Shown here piece after piece: positions 22,498 through 34,589 of a DNA stretch of 36,903 nt. The translations under genes were made by a program, and so were the position numbers. The stretch is taken from the NCBI GenBank assembly GCA_964255285.1, contig CAXUUL010000077.1, positions 1 through 36,903 on the forward strand. Reading direction: 5' to 3'. This DNA comes from Ionaspis alba. Its lineage: Eukaryota. Within the stretch, counting starts at the first letter, position 1. Each line of letters begins with the position of its first letter. Under the pieces are notes generated by a model. The model was not told the origin of the DNA, did not search any database, and was given only the letters and a program-made list of their open reading frames with translations.

Positions 22498-23004
22498 CTT
22501 CTCGGCTGTTGAGGAAAGACTGGCCAGGGAACGAATATCAATGAATTACGAAGAAATGACGGCGTGATGATACCGTTTCCGATTTCAATATGGTTCGCCG
22601 TGTAAGGCAATGGTGGGTTGAATTGGGGGGCAGGAAGATTTCTACTCATATGTGGGCTTACGAGATCAGAGACAAACAGAAAGTGTCGTCTGGGGCAACC
22701 GAGATCAGCCCTACCCGCCAAAACAGCGATTGGCTTTCGGAACGTCATAAACAATGGGCGGGGCGCGAAGCTTTGTAATGATTATCTCCAGAGTACGTTC
22801 ATGTAACAATGTGACTTCTAAACACGCACACCTGAACCTCAGCGCCTTATCTTCCTGTCACTAGGCAAGTATCTCGCTTTCCGCACGGCATCTTTTCACT
22901 ATGGTTACTCTACATCTGTAAAACACCGTGCTTTCTAGCATCTTCTGCCGACGCGTTGCTGTGCGCAAAAGTCGTTCCTGTCAGTCTTCGCCAGTCAAGG
23001 GACA

Positions 23005-26000
23005 ATGGACATGGTTTCTCCAGAATCGCTCCCCTCCGAGGATTGGATATCCCAGCCGCGGTCGTCAGCGCCTGCTTCGATTAATGATGGGTCTTCTGGC
23101 ATCATAAATTCCGGCAATGCTTCAATTAGCCGAATTCCGCGACCTATCTCTTGCATCTCACGAACTGCTTCCGAGTCCAGTGTGTCAAGGAACGATCCAT
23201 TAACAAGTTCGCCTCTGGGGAGCCGTTCCCATAGTGGGGAAATCTTGAACGAACGTACGGCATCGGCTCTCAATATATCGCACACACGCAACACCTTAAA
23301 GTCAGCGAAGACAGGCAAGCAAGATACAAGGCCTCGAGGGTCAGGAGAGACATCAGTGGAAGTACGACACAGTTCACTTCGCTCACCGGGGCCCGAACAG
23401 CAAGGGACGGTGCAGCAGAAAGCCCAGAAGCTAGCCTCTGGTGGCAAAGCCCGCTCGCAAGATGTACCCGAATGGCAAAGAAGAGTAATCAATGGCGGCA
23501 TCAAGAATCAGCAACAGGATCTCTTCAGTCCCATGGAACTCGAACATGTCTTCAGACCGCTGAGTACGGGGCAGCCTACAAAGGAGAAGTCGCCGAAAAG
23601 CAAAACTGATAGATTTGCTGTTACAGAGACTGGGAATTTCCCTTCGAGCCCCCCGCCGTTTTCGGTTTCACTCAGACTGGAAGATACAGCTATGTCTCAT
23701 AACTCTTTAGTGCGTCAAATGACCACGAGCATATCACCAATGCATGAGAATGCAGAAGATGCGCCGCTCCCAGTCTACCGGGTTACATCGAACGTTGAAA
23801 CGACCGATATCTCACCTCGGCCAATTGCAGCCCCTCACAGTAGAATCCAAAGCTCTCGAAGCGAGGCTCAACATGAGAGCATCAGTCCCGTCCCCTTTGC
23901 TGGTGTCAGAATCAATTCCGAATCACTGGACAGCCTGACTCTCCCTCAACGAGAAAGTCCAAAAGCGTTCACCTACAAAAGCAAGATTAGAGCGATGTCC
24001 CGATCCAGCGACAACGACGTTGACTACAGGAGTCCCAGCTTTACACAGAGCCAGGAGAAGAATGAAGAGGAGACCAACTGGACAGTCCAATCTCTTCCTG
24101 AGATTTTGTCGGCAGGCACTGAAGTTTTGGCACCTGTCAGCGACTTTGTAGCCATCCGTCGCGGAGGATACTCAATCGACGATTCCTTCCAACGGCGTCC
24201 ATTAAGTCCATCTTCCTTTCAGCAATCCCACGCAAGTTCGCTGGACACAAATACTGGGCCGAAGACCCATCTCGCAAAGTTAAGGACGCCTGTAGATGAA
24301 ATGTTCGAAGGGCATATACATTCCGATACTCCAAACACTCCAAGCAGAGATGTCAACAAAAGCAACACCCCAGAACGCCCAAGATCGTCCGGAAGCCCAT
24401 TAAAACTGTTTGATAAACATGACACATTCACCAATGACCGTCTCGCACGGAGAATGAGCCAATTCGAGGGAGTGGCAGCCAGCACACGATCTGGCTCTAA
24501 CCTCGAGGACTGCTCCCTTCTGTACAGCCCTTCACCTCGCAAACGGCGCCAAGCTAAGAAACACCAAAACGACCTCGATTTATCCACTCGATATCGTACA
24601 GCAAGAACTGGCAGTTTCGGAAATGGCTCCTTAAGTCGACACCATTTTCAACACTTGGTGACGAGTGAGTATTTGCGCAACGACGGAGATAGAAAAAATT
24701 TCATTCCTCTTCCGAAGGCCCGGCCTGGTGCAACGCACGCACGTCGGTACAGCAGTCGCAGCAAAGGGTCTGTACATGGAGGCAGAACTTTTTCATATGG
24801 AAGCTGCGGCGAAAGTCCGAATGATTATGACCCCTTGGATGCCACCCGTCTTGAGAGCATTACGGTCCAACAGAAACGCCTCTTATCTCTACCATCTCTC
24901 TCTTCGCAAAAACTTCAAGGCAAACGGTGTCGAAGGTCTCCGGTTCGATATCCTACTCCAAAACGTCGTCGGACGGTTTATAGTACAGTCGAGGTACCAA
25001 CCCATTCAGTATCGGAAGAATCGAGGTCACTGGCCCCTCCATGTCAATCAATTGTCAGTCGAAAGCGAAAGGATGCGCGATATGAAGAGCACGCCCAGAT
25101 AGTGGATCCACAAGTCATGGCGACACGTCACATACTGCGTCCCAGAAACTCTACGACTTCTCAAGCTCGAGCCCCACAAACAGAGTTGTCGAAACCGGCT
25201 GAGGGGCGTGGGTTTTCTGGCATCGGAGAGGGTGCGCTGCTAGGTGACAGACAACAGAACCTACCACTGGAGCCAACTGCCCCTCTGGAAGAAGCTCCAA
25301 TCAAGGTACTTGCTGGAGAGCTTGCTAATTTCGCTCTTGGCGTCGCACAAGACATTACGTATGGTGATCGAAAAGTGTCTGTGACGACCGCAGATTTCAC
25401 CAATGCAGCAAATCTAATAATGCAGAACATAAGGGCCCAAGCCCGTCCTGAATGCCGCACAAGCCTCCCCAATAGCCGCGAGGGAGGTCATCTTGGAGCT
25501 ATCGAAGAGTTCAATGACGAGGGGTCCACTGCGGAAGCACTGTCGCGCCCTCCCAGTAGAATCGGCCGCGATTTATGCGATCGGAGGGATCCCAAGCAAT
25601 TGGACCCTAGGATTATCAGTCATCTTCGAAAATATGAGGAAAAGCATGATATGTGTATCTCTCCCTCTTCATTGAGTCTCTTCGGTGCTAGCGAAAATCA
25701 TGTCACTCCTCCAGCTTTGTTTCAAGATAGCAGTCCGCCAAACATTCGTTTACTTGGTCGAAAAGAGTCCGAGACGAACAGTTCAGCCGACTCCATAACG
25801 TCTGGCTCTAGCGACGCGAAGGAGCGGTGTGGCCATTCTCACAATTCTTTACCGTCATCCAATGCTTGGTCAGAGCGCTCCTTACCTACAGGATCATCAA
25901 ACCATTCTGCCAATAAGGCCATTATTGCCCCCGAGAGAGTGTCACATCTCATTGCCGATCAAGTTGCAGGCATGACCTTCGACCGCTCGAGGCAGGCATG

Positions 26001-28651
26001 GATCAAGAAGAAGCCCACGGCGCAAGATAATCATGGTAATGATCCGATACGACTGGATAGTGACGCAACGGAGGAAGATCCTCTAAAAGGTATTCCAGAT
26101 CTCAGTGTTGATGAGATGGAGGAAATGCGACGAGTAAACGGTGCTGCCACTGTTCTTTGGCCGAGTTCCAGCGAAAATTGTACTGAACAACCAGCTGGAG
26201 AAAAAGCAGCAGCTTGTGCTCAAGCAGGTTCTGCTGTTCAATCAGTCATGCCGACCACACACGGCCATGAATCACCAACGCCGCATTTCGAGTCCTTGAT
26301 CCCGCCAAGTATCTCTAAGGTTGACCCAGTTGATGATGGATACGTGGAGGTGGAATGTCAGGTTAAAACACTCCAGACCGACGGTCCATTGATACATCCG
26401 TCGTTCGCTTTACAATCAAAGATCGGGGAGAGCTTACCAAGACTTGATCCCGAAGCTCATTTCTCCAACATTCAACCAAAGTCAACACCTACTGTTTTGA
26501 GCAGTCGCGCTCGTCAACCACGTGTCGTGACGGTAGCGTTTTCGTCGCCGCTCGTGAACCATGAGTCAGATTTGTCCTGCCATCCCAGACTGCAAGAGGA
26601 TGACGTTGGGGCTGCCCACGGTGATCTCGACCTAACGAGCTCTCCAGAGCACCGAGACCCCGAGAGGAACTACAAGGCTTACAAGGAAGCATCACAAAAA
26701 TCTCGGAAGCGGTCTGCTGTTCATTCTCAGCGTCGACTATCAGTTGGTAACCAAAATTATCTAATCCGATCCATTTCGAGAATTGATGAACACGAAGAAC
26801 TATCGATCATCGACTATCCAGCAGAGAAACGTGGTACAAGGCTTGCCGCTATGCTTCCGACTCCTCAAACTTCTCGCAATGCCTCTGAAAAGGTCTCCAT
26901 GCCACCATACACTACCAGTCGACAATCAGACTTTATGTTCCAGTTGAGTCCACTCTCTGATTTTACACTGAATCACAATGATGAGCCTTCGGCACTTGAA
27001 GTGCGCTGCATAGTTAACCGTCAGGGTTTCCTCTCCTCACAAGAACTCGAGGACAGGTTTTCTCTTGCAATTAGGAAACTTACTGCAAAGATCACCGACG
27101 TTGAGCCATACGAACCATACTGGGAACACCTTCGTAAACTGGATCTCCGCAATAAGGACTTGGGCACTCTCTACATGCTTGAGAACTTCTGCCAACGTAT
27201 TGAAGAGCTCGATGTGTCTCGGAACGAACTCGGTCAACTCCATGGAGTTCCTGCAACTGTCCGTGTTCTGCGAGCTCGCCGGAATCGCTTTTCGAGTATC
27301 ACGGCATGGGGGCATCTACAGAATCTTCAGTACCTTGACGTGTCTGGAAATCAGTTAGAGACTTTGAAAGGAATCGGATGTTTATTGCATCTGCGTGAAT
27401 TGAAAGCCGATGATAATCAGATTTGCAATCTAGATGGCATTGAAGGACTGACCGGTTTGATCAAGTTGAGATTACGAGGAAATAGCCTAACAAAAGTTGA
27501 TCTCGAAGCGCTCGACATGTAAGGAAGAAGCGTCTCGAGCAATGAGAGCTCGGTCGTTGCTGACTTCGTATCAGGAAAAGACTCGTTGAATTGGATCTTC
27601 AAACCAACCAAATCATGAATGTGTCTTGCCTGCATCATTTACCGGTCATAGCCAGCCTCAATCTTCGTAAGTTGCATGTGAAGGAGAATGTTGGCCATTC
27701 TAACCAGCTACAGGAGATAATAAGCTTGACGACTTTAGAGTGACGCCGACTTTCGAGTTGCTCTCTCTAACTGCGCTATATCTGGCAGACAATCGGCTAG
27801 CTTCCGTAGATGTGACAAACATTCCCAACCTTCGGATACTTGACGTTGATAGGAATCAAATCGTTGAAATCGCTGGTCTTGACCTACTGCGCGATATGCA
27901 ATTGATCTCGTGGCGGGATCAAAAGTTCGACGAGAAACTTGCCACATTGGCATATCAAGATTGCGGCGAGGCTCACAGTCTCTGTCTCTCACGTAACCTT
28001 CTTCCCTTCTTCGCCGCAAAACTACCTTTCCTCAATCTACAGCGCCTCGAGCTTGCATTTGCTGGTATTGAGAATCTCTCTTTAGATTTTGGGGTACAGA
28101 TGCCGAACTTGCGGTTTTTGAACCTAAATCACAACGGAATCAAGGACCTTCGACCCCTCTTAGGTATAGTGAAGCTCGTCGAGCTCCATGTCGCTGCAAA
28201 CCGCCTTGCCAGGCTGCGGAGGACGACTACAGTATTGGGTAAGCTAGGCAACGCTCTCAAAGTCTTGGACTGCAGGGTGAATCCTCTTACTGTTGGCTTC
28301 TACGACACATGCAGTCAATCGACTATTGTTGAGCAGCAGCTTATTCTGATGAAGAACGAGATCCACGAGGAAGACTGGGAAGATACTCGGGAGAGCCTGC
28401 CAGGCAAGGCATATATCATGCCAAACACAGATGGAGAGGCAGATCAGGACTTTTGTCACCGTTTAGACGAAGACACCGCGCTCAAGCGTCGAGTCTACGA
28501 GTTACTGATTTTAGGCGAATGTAACGTTTTGAGTCAACTTGATGGTCTATATGTCGATGGGTATATGAAAGAGCAGGATGACTCGGCTTGGAGCCGATTG
28601 CTTGAACTGGGAGTTCTGAGGGCGAAGCAAACGAATGCTCCGCAAGGCTAG
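23005..28651 (+). CDS. Septation-initiation-network / SPB scaffold, Cdc11/Nud1 (SepK)-like LRR protein
   Basis: Long Ser/Pro-rich N-terminus with the blocks PEWQRR, DLFSPMELE.VF, SPLKLF..HDTFTN, GMTFD....WIK and LTDVEPYEPYWE-like, then many leucine-rich repeats. Introns about 27519-27574 and 27668-27713. Confidence 0.85.
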
Positions 28652-29021
28652 GGTTCAGCAAAAGTTCAACGTGGTCATGTGTTGATGTTGCACGGCGTAT
28701 GCGTTCGAGGATATACCCAAGACTCTGCCCCATGGAGCCTTTCATGAAAATCCAATCGTACAGTAGATAAATCTCGGAACGAAATGCAAGACATCCACAA
28801 CGATCGCTTCTCCCATGTCAATGGATCGCTGAGCGAAAGCTTTCCACTTCAGTAGCATGCAGCCCGTGGCTGGTGAATTGTAGACTTGGCATTTTGTGCT
28901 GCACATGCCTTCCCAACCATGTCACAGTCCAGCTGCAACATTCCGCCAAACTTCTACCATGTTGGAGTTCGCACGTCTTGTGGAGCTGTTATGGTAGTAG
29001 CCACAAGGATTGTCGAACGCA

Positions 29022-30885
29022 ATGGTCAGCCCAGATGCAGGGCTCAAAAGCCTGGACCATTGTCAGTGGTTATTCCATTTACTCTCTACCTGACCATGGC
29101 TAACACAAAAGTCAGATAGGAACCGGTTGCCACTGTGGCGATACATTCCCCGGCAATACCTTCTGCCATTGATACGGTGGGAGACGCCCTACCTCGCCGC
29201 CTTCCAACATCGCATGCGCTCGCCGACACTCGACTCGTACTTCGCGGTCACTGCCAATCTGGGCACGCATACCTTCTTCATGATAGTCTTACCAATCCTC
29301 TTCTGGTGCGGATATACGCGATTGGGTAGAGCGTAGGCAGGATGCAGAAGATGTTTCTCACGACCTTTTGCTGACTGTTAGCACAGCATGATCCACATAC
29401 TTGCCTCGGGCGTCTTTTGGAGTGGTTTCATGAAAGATTTGCTATGTCTGCCACGTCCTCTATCTCCGCCTCTTCAGCGCATCACCATGTCTGGGTCGGC
29501 TGCATTAGAGTATGGTTTCCCTTCCACGCACTCGACCAATGCGGTCTCCGTGGCCGTCTATGCCCTCCTGGCGCTTAATTCTTCTTCCTCTACTATTTCA
29601 CCAGCTGCCAAGTCCATCTTAGAGGTACTCGCCTACTCTTATGCTACATCGATTGTCCTGGGTAGACTACACTGTGGCATGCATGGGTTCTTCGATGTAA
29701 TCGTGGGCAGCGTTCTAGGAGCCATGCTTTCGCTAATTGAGTACTTCTATGTGGAGGACTTCGACGACTTCATACAAGGGGGATCTTTCCAATCGCTCTC
29801 CATTGTAGTTCTTACTATTCTCGTCCTTGTCCGCATACATCCTGAGCCTGCCGACGACTGTCCTTGTTTTGATGATAGTGTTGCTTTCGCCGGCGTCATG
29901 TGCGGAGCGGAATTGGGCAATTGGCACTATGGCCAGTCTCAGTATTCGTGGGACGTTCCAGTTCCGGCAACAGTTCCCTTTCATTTGGGATCATTGGGAT
30001 GGTCAAAGGTCATTTTACGCATTCTCATAGGCGTTTTCTGCATCTTCGTGTGGCGAGGTGTCATGAAAGTCGCGTTACTGAAAGCTCTCCCGCCGATATA
30101 CCGAGTCGTTGAGCGCTTGGGTCTTAGTCTACCTCGAAGATTTTTTATGCAAGCCTCGTGAGTTATCTCGGCTCTCAAGTCGGATACAAATACTGAATGC
30201 AGCTTCAACAGTGAATACGACAAGGTTCCCAAGCATCTAAAAACTGACAACGTTATTCCGTCAGTAACGGATATACCCAACTTCATATCGTCTATTCGTC
30301 ATCCACAAAGAAGTCGTTCCATCTCTATCGGGCCACAATCCAAGGCAGATGCATATGAAATACTAGCATTTCGTCAAAAGCAACGAAGAGAGAGTCTATC
30401 TTCTCTTTCCGGAAGCCTTGTCAGCAATGATGAGAGGCGAAGAGTTCAAAGTTCCAACATTGATTGCGTTGCGGTATCCAAGTCTTCGGTTCGTCATGTT
30501 GATAGATTATACGACTCCAGTCTGTCACAAAAACAGACGACATGGAGTCCAGGATCGGCGGCCAGTTTCCTGGATACGGAAGGCTCTGCCGTATGGCAAA
30601 GCGACCTTGCGAAACATCATGTCGGCGTTGCTCGCACTCCAAGTCAAGACCGAAGGGAAAACGAGAAGGAGGAAAGGGAAATCTTCTCACAGCTAGAATT
30701 GCCCAGAGTACGATACGATGTCGAGGTCATTACAAAATTAATTGTCTATTCAGGTAAGACCGTTGCTTGGTGTAGAGGGCATTACTTACCTTTGGACAGG
30801 TATAGCGTGGATTGCGGTCGAAGGAAGTCCAATCCTCTTTCATCATCTCGGGCTCGGTGTGGACACTGAACCCGGCCTTGGCTGA
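29022..30885 (+). CDS. LCB3: Sphingoid long-chain-base phosphate phosphatase (PAP2 family)
   Basis: MVSPDAGLKSLDHY|RNRLP.WRY...ANLGTHTFF...KDLLCLPRPLSPP...EYGFPSTHSTNA...GRLHCGMHGFFD...HPEPADDCPCFDDS...RVRYDVEVITKLIVYSG|IAW. Confidence 0.92.
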
Positions 30886-31818
30886 AACTGTGGACTATTT
30901 TGAACTGTCCAGCATACCGATTGATCTGAACGAACAGAAATCCTTTATTAGAGCGGCACAGTCAAGGTCACCTCTGTCTCAAGCCGTCTTACAGATCCAG
31001 GTTCTGATTCAAGCGGCTTACAGAAGCTCCTTGCCTCGCTCACCTCCAAATACGTTGTGGTGCATCACAAACCGCCACGAGAACATTGGCCAGGTTCCGG
31101 CCGAGGCTTATCCGTTTTCACAGTATTCATTCTTTTCTGGTCAACCGGTGAGGTCATGATACTCGGATATCGATTGTCTGCAGTAGCCTACCTCTATTGT
31201 TTCATTGAAGCTCTTCTGTTGCTCAGATGATCTGGTGAACTCTCAAGAACGATTGGCAGTACAGATGCATCAACGGTAAGAGAGGCTGTACCAATCCTAC
31301 CCACGGAGACCGAGCTCATATTCAGGCGCTTTCCAACGTTTGACGCGTGCCCAACCCGAAGGCGGAATACACCGAGCTCAAAGATCAGATTGATCATATA
31401 GAGGGCAAGGATTCATCCGCAAGCAGGAGATCAGCTAATCACTGCCAAATCACTGTGTCGCGCCCAAAGCGTCTAAGCAGTAGTGATGCGGAGATTATCA
31501 AGTTCAAATTGGATCAACTATTCCTTCGGATGATGCTTGATCACTGTAATTGTGGAGCCTGCACCCTCGTTGCAGTATATCTAGGACAAGGCATATAAAA
31601 ACACCGTAGAGGACATAAGGAACGATTTGTTCTTCCCTCGAGACAATTCGAAACAGATCTAAGAGTCACAAACGGCACAATCATATGTCTTTTAGGCCGT
31701 GTAGTGGAAAAATTCGGAGCCGAACAATGCAATTATCGAACAACGCTCAACACCTTGTGCGTATTACCTTATTCCACCAGTAGTGAATCTCACTCGTAGG
31801 CCGAAAACTTTGTGGGAT

Positions 31819-33324
31819 ATGCATACCACCAATATACATATCCTAGCGCCAAAATCCCTAGTCAGAATCATCAAAGTGAATCTAGAGTCTCGAAAGAAGT
31901 TAGACAAGAGGAGGAACATCACGAATGTGGATAGCGTTCAAGACTTGGAGTCCTATGTTGTAGTACCCAAGATTGCGGCAACATCGGTGGGTAAATTGAT
32001 ACCCACCACTCATCCACTAGATATCCGAGAAGATACTCCTCTTGAAGATATTTTGAAAGCTCGAATCGACGAACTCGTCATTGGCTTTGGGGTCACAAGT
32101 CATTCCTCGCAACTTTCCTTTGCTATTTCAAAGGACTCACCATGCAGCAATTCTACTTTGTCTACGGATCTTTCGAAGGGCCATCTTGTCCCGGTCATCC
32201 AACGATGGTTTATGGATTTGCCTCTTGAAATCAGAGCAACATTTCCTCTGCCGGAGCCAGATTTTCTGGCCCTCGGTGCCTCGCCGTACACGATCTATCC
32301 TCCTCTTCTGCTTCTATCAACGAACGCACGGAAGGTAGAACGGTGGCAACTTCTTTTACGGCGATCATCAGACCTGCACCTCGGCGATCTGTATGATCGG
32401 ATATGCAAGCAGCTGAAGGTCACGCATGTCGCTCTTAATGGGCCCATACCACTCGTCTGCCCTTCTTCTGATTTCCAAAATATTCTCCGCTCCCCAATGT
32501 CCTTGATACCTCTTCACGGAGATTTTGGCCCCGTAGGAGCTCAGTTTAGCCAAGCATATGAGGCGGCATTGTGGGTGTCAACACGCCAGTATGGTGTCGT
32601 TCAAACGTGGGCCCCGCTTCACACAATGTTCTCACGTGGCAATATCTCCGAGAAAGCTCGCATCCTCACCGACATGCCGGGACTGACAGCGGGACATCAG
32701 GATAGAAACTCCACAGAATGTAGCGCCGTCGATCTCTATGCCGGAATAGGGTACTTTGCGTTCTACTATGCGAAGGTCGGAGTGAAAAAGGTCTTGTGCT
32801 GGGAGATCAATCCTTGGAGTGTGGAAGCGCTCGGCAGGGGGGCAACGTTGAACGGTTGGCAAGCCGTTCGTGCGAGCGAATCCGATTTCACAGGGGAGAA
32901 AGCGGATATTGGGGATGAGGAGTTCTTGGTCTTCGAGGAAGACAATCAGAATGCTTCCCGCAGAATTGAGAAGATAAGGACACAATTGCCGCCGATTAGA
33001 CATGTCAACTGTGGATTCTTACCAAGCTCGGAGAGGAGCTGGAAGACCGCTGTGGAGGTTCTCGATCCACTGCAAGGAGGGTGGATACATGCACACGAGA
33101 ACATCGCCATGACGGAAATTGACAGCAGAAAAGCACATATCGTGCAGATTTTCGACAACTTGGTGAATCTCGGTCCACAAAAGCCGCAGCGTAATGTACA
33201 GTGCCAGCACCTCGAACGCGTCAAATCATATGCTCCAGGCATCATGCATTGTGTCCTGGATATCCAGATCAACCCGCTACCCGACACAATGCCTATGAAA
33301 TCATGGCCACAACCATCCAGCTAA
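31819..33324 (+). CDS. TYW2: tRNA wybutosine-synthesizing protein 2 (SAM-dependent aminocarboxypropyltransferase)
   Basis: YTIYPPLLL, NILRSP, WV...Q.GV.QTWAP.HTMFSRGNISEK.R, VDLYAGIGYF, RHVNCGFLPSS, WIHAHENI, HLERVKSYAPGIMHCVLD. Confidence 0.9.
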   Translation: MHTTNIHILAPKSLVRIIKVNLESRKKLDKRRNITNVDSVQDLESYVVVPKIAATSVGKLIPTTHPLDIREDTPLEDILKARIDELVIGFGVTSHSSQLSFAISKDSPCSNSTLSTDLSKGHLVPVIQRWFMDLPLEIRATFPLPEPDFLALGASPYTIYPPLLLLSTNARKVERWQLLLRRSSDLHLGDLYDRICKQLKVTHVALNGPIPLVCPSSDFQNILRSPMSLIPLHGDFGPVGAQFSQAYEAALWVSTRQYGVVQTWAPLHTMFSRGNISEKARILTDMPGLTAGHQDRNSTECSAVDLYAGIGYFAFYYAKVGVKKVLCWEINPWSVEALGRGATLNGWQAVRASESDFTGEKADIGDEEFLVFEEDNQNASRRIEKIRTQLPPIRHVNCGFLPSSERSWKTAVEVLDPLQGGWIHAHENIAMTEIDSRKAHIVQIFDNLVNLGPQKPQRNVQCQHLERVKSYAPGIMHCVLDIQINPLPDTMPMKSWPQPSS

Positions 33325-33455
33325 TATACAGGACGTAATATGTCAAGTGGTAGCAGCCTTCAAATTCGATGCCGGCAAAGTGCCAGAATTTGAGCCAGCA
33401 GAGGATGGTCATGATGTAAAAGAAAGTGCGGGAATGTCGAGGTTGCGATCTAGTA

Positions 33456-34279
33456 TCATGGGTGCCGCCGAAATTTCTGAGGGATGTTGGCTTCGTTTAT
33501 GGGTAGCTTATTTAGCTGTTCTTGACGCTCAGCTTCTGCTTCCTCGCGGTCGTGCTTAGCAAAGTGGGCGATGTCTTCGGGATGGGTAAGGTCTTCTTCT
33601 TTCGTGTCTGGTCATGGGCATCAGCGTACATCACTTGTATCATATGGTAGATGTCAAGCATACTTTCATCATGGAACTTCTCAAAGTGATGGATCTCGTA
33701 CTCGTACTCGTCGTCGCCATGGTGTCCAGGTCCTAACTGCAGACCACTCAAGTCAACACTCCAACCTATAAGAGAGTCGACCACACATGAACTGCACCGT
33801 GTGCTTTGTGGAAGCAAAAGAGACAGGACGAACCCCAAAATCCGGCAATCTGACCCCTTCCATGCATTTGTGCATCCACTCCTCCTTCTCCACAACACCA
33901 TTCCTATCTTCGTCGAACAGGCGGAAGACCTCCCGTGTTACTTCCTCCCTTTTTTGACTCGTCACGTCTTTCGTACTCTCGTCGTCCAGACCGTAGGTTC
34001 GCCGCACTTCGTCTGGCGTCCAGCCTCCCGAGGAATCGAAATCATGTAGGGAGAAGAAGGCACCGGGGTCGAAGTTCGCGATATGATGCTCATCTGGCGA
34101 GAGGTTATTATTTTAGCCAGAGTTTGAGCTGACGACGCCTGCAGAGGTAATCACAACGGACCTGCCATATGCCTCGTTGCCCAATCTGTTTCATGTAAAG
34201 GCACTTCAGCATGACCGCCCCGGTGCGCCAGCGCCGTTGATGTCAAGGCAAAGGTCGTCAATAGAATGTTGAGGCGCAT
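33456..34279 (-). CDS. SSP120: Ssp120 (secreted EF-hand, nucleobindin-like), multi-exon
   Basis: Signal peptide MRLNILLTTFALTSTALA, DWATRHMA|..HHIANFDPGAFFSLHDFD, EF-hand DEDRNGVVEKEE, LPDFG|LGPGHHGDDEYEYEIHHFEKFH, THPEDIAHF, NIPQKF. Confidence 0.92.
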
Positions 34280-34589
34280 CGTGATTATGTCTTGCTAATG
34301 TGGTGCAGAAGTAGAAACTTTACGACTTTACATGTGAGCATCAAAGGTTGTTGATATTATAAGATAATGAGTGCCAAGAAAAGGGTAACTTTCACCGTCT
34401 TCAGGGGCAGTTCTGAGATCAATGCAATGGTGTCGTTATTACGACAATCTTCACGATGAGATATGTGGTTTTTAAGCCTCGAAAATCGTGTAGCGGCTAC
34501 AGAAGTTTACCACTTGTAAGAGAATGTATTTGGATTTATTTATAAGCAGCGGTAGCAAATTCAAGCAGATGGTTACGGGGAACAACTCT

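Noticed and set aside
22995..27358. Multiple antisense and alternate-frame ORFs over the Cdc11/Nud1-like gene, and similar ones over other genes
   Set aside because: Shadows of real coding sequence with no recognisable motifs.
30782..30791. TACTTACCT resembling the U1 snRNA 5' end
   Set aside because: It lies at the branch region of the last LCB3 intron, with no U1 stem-loops or Sm site following.
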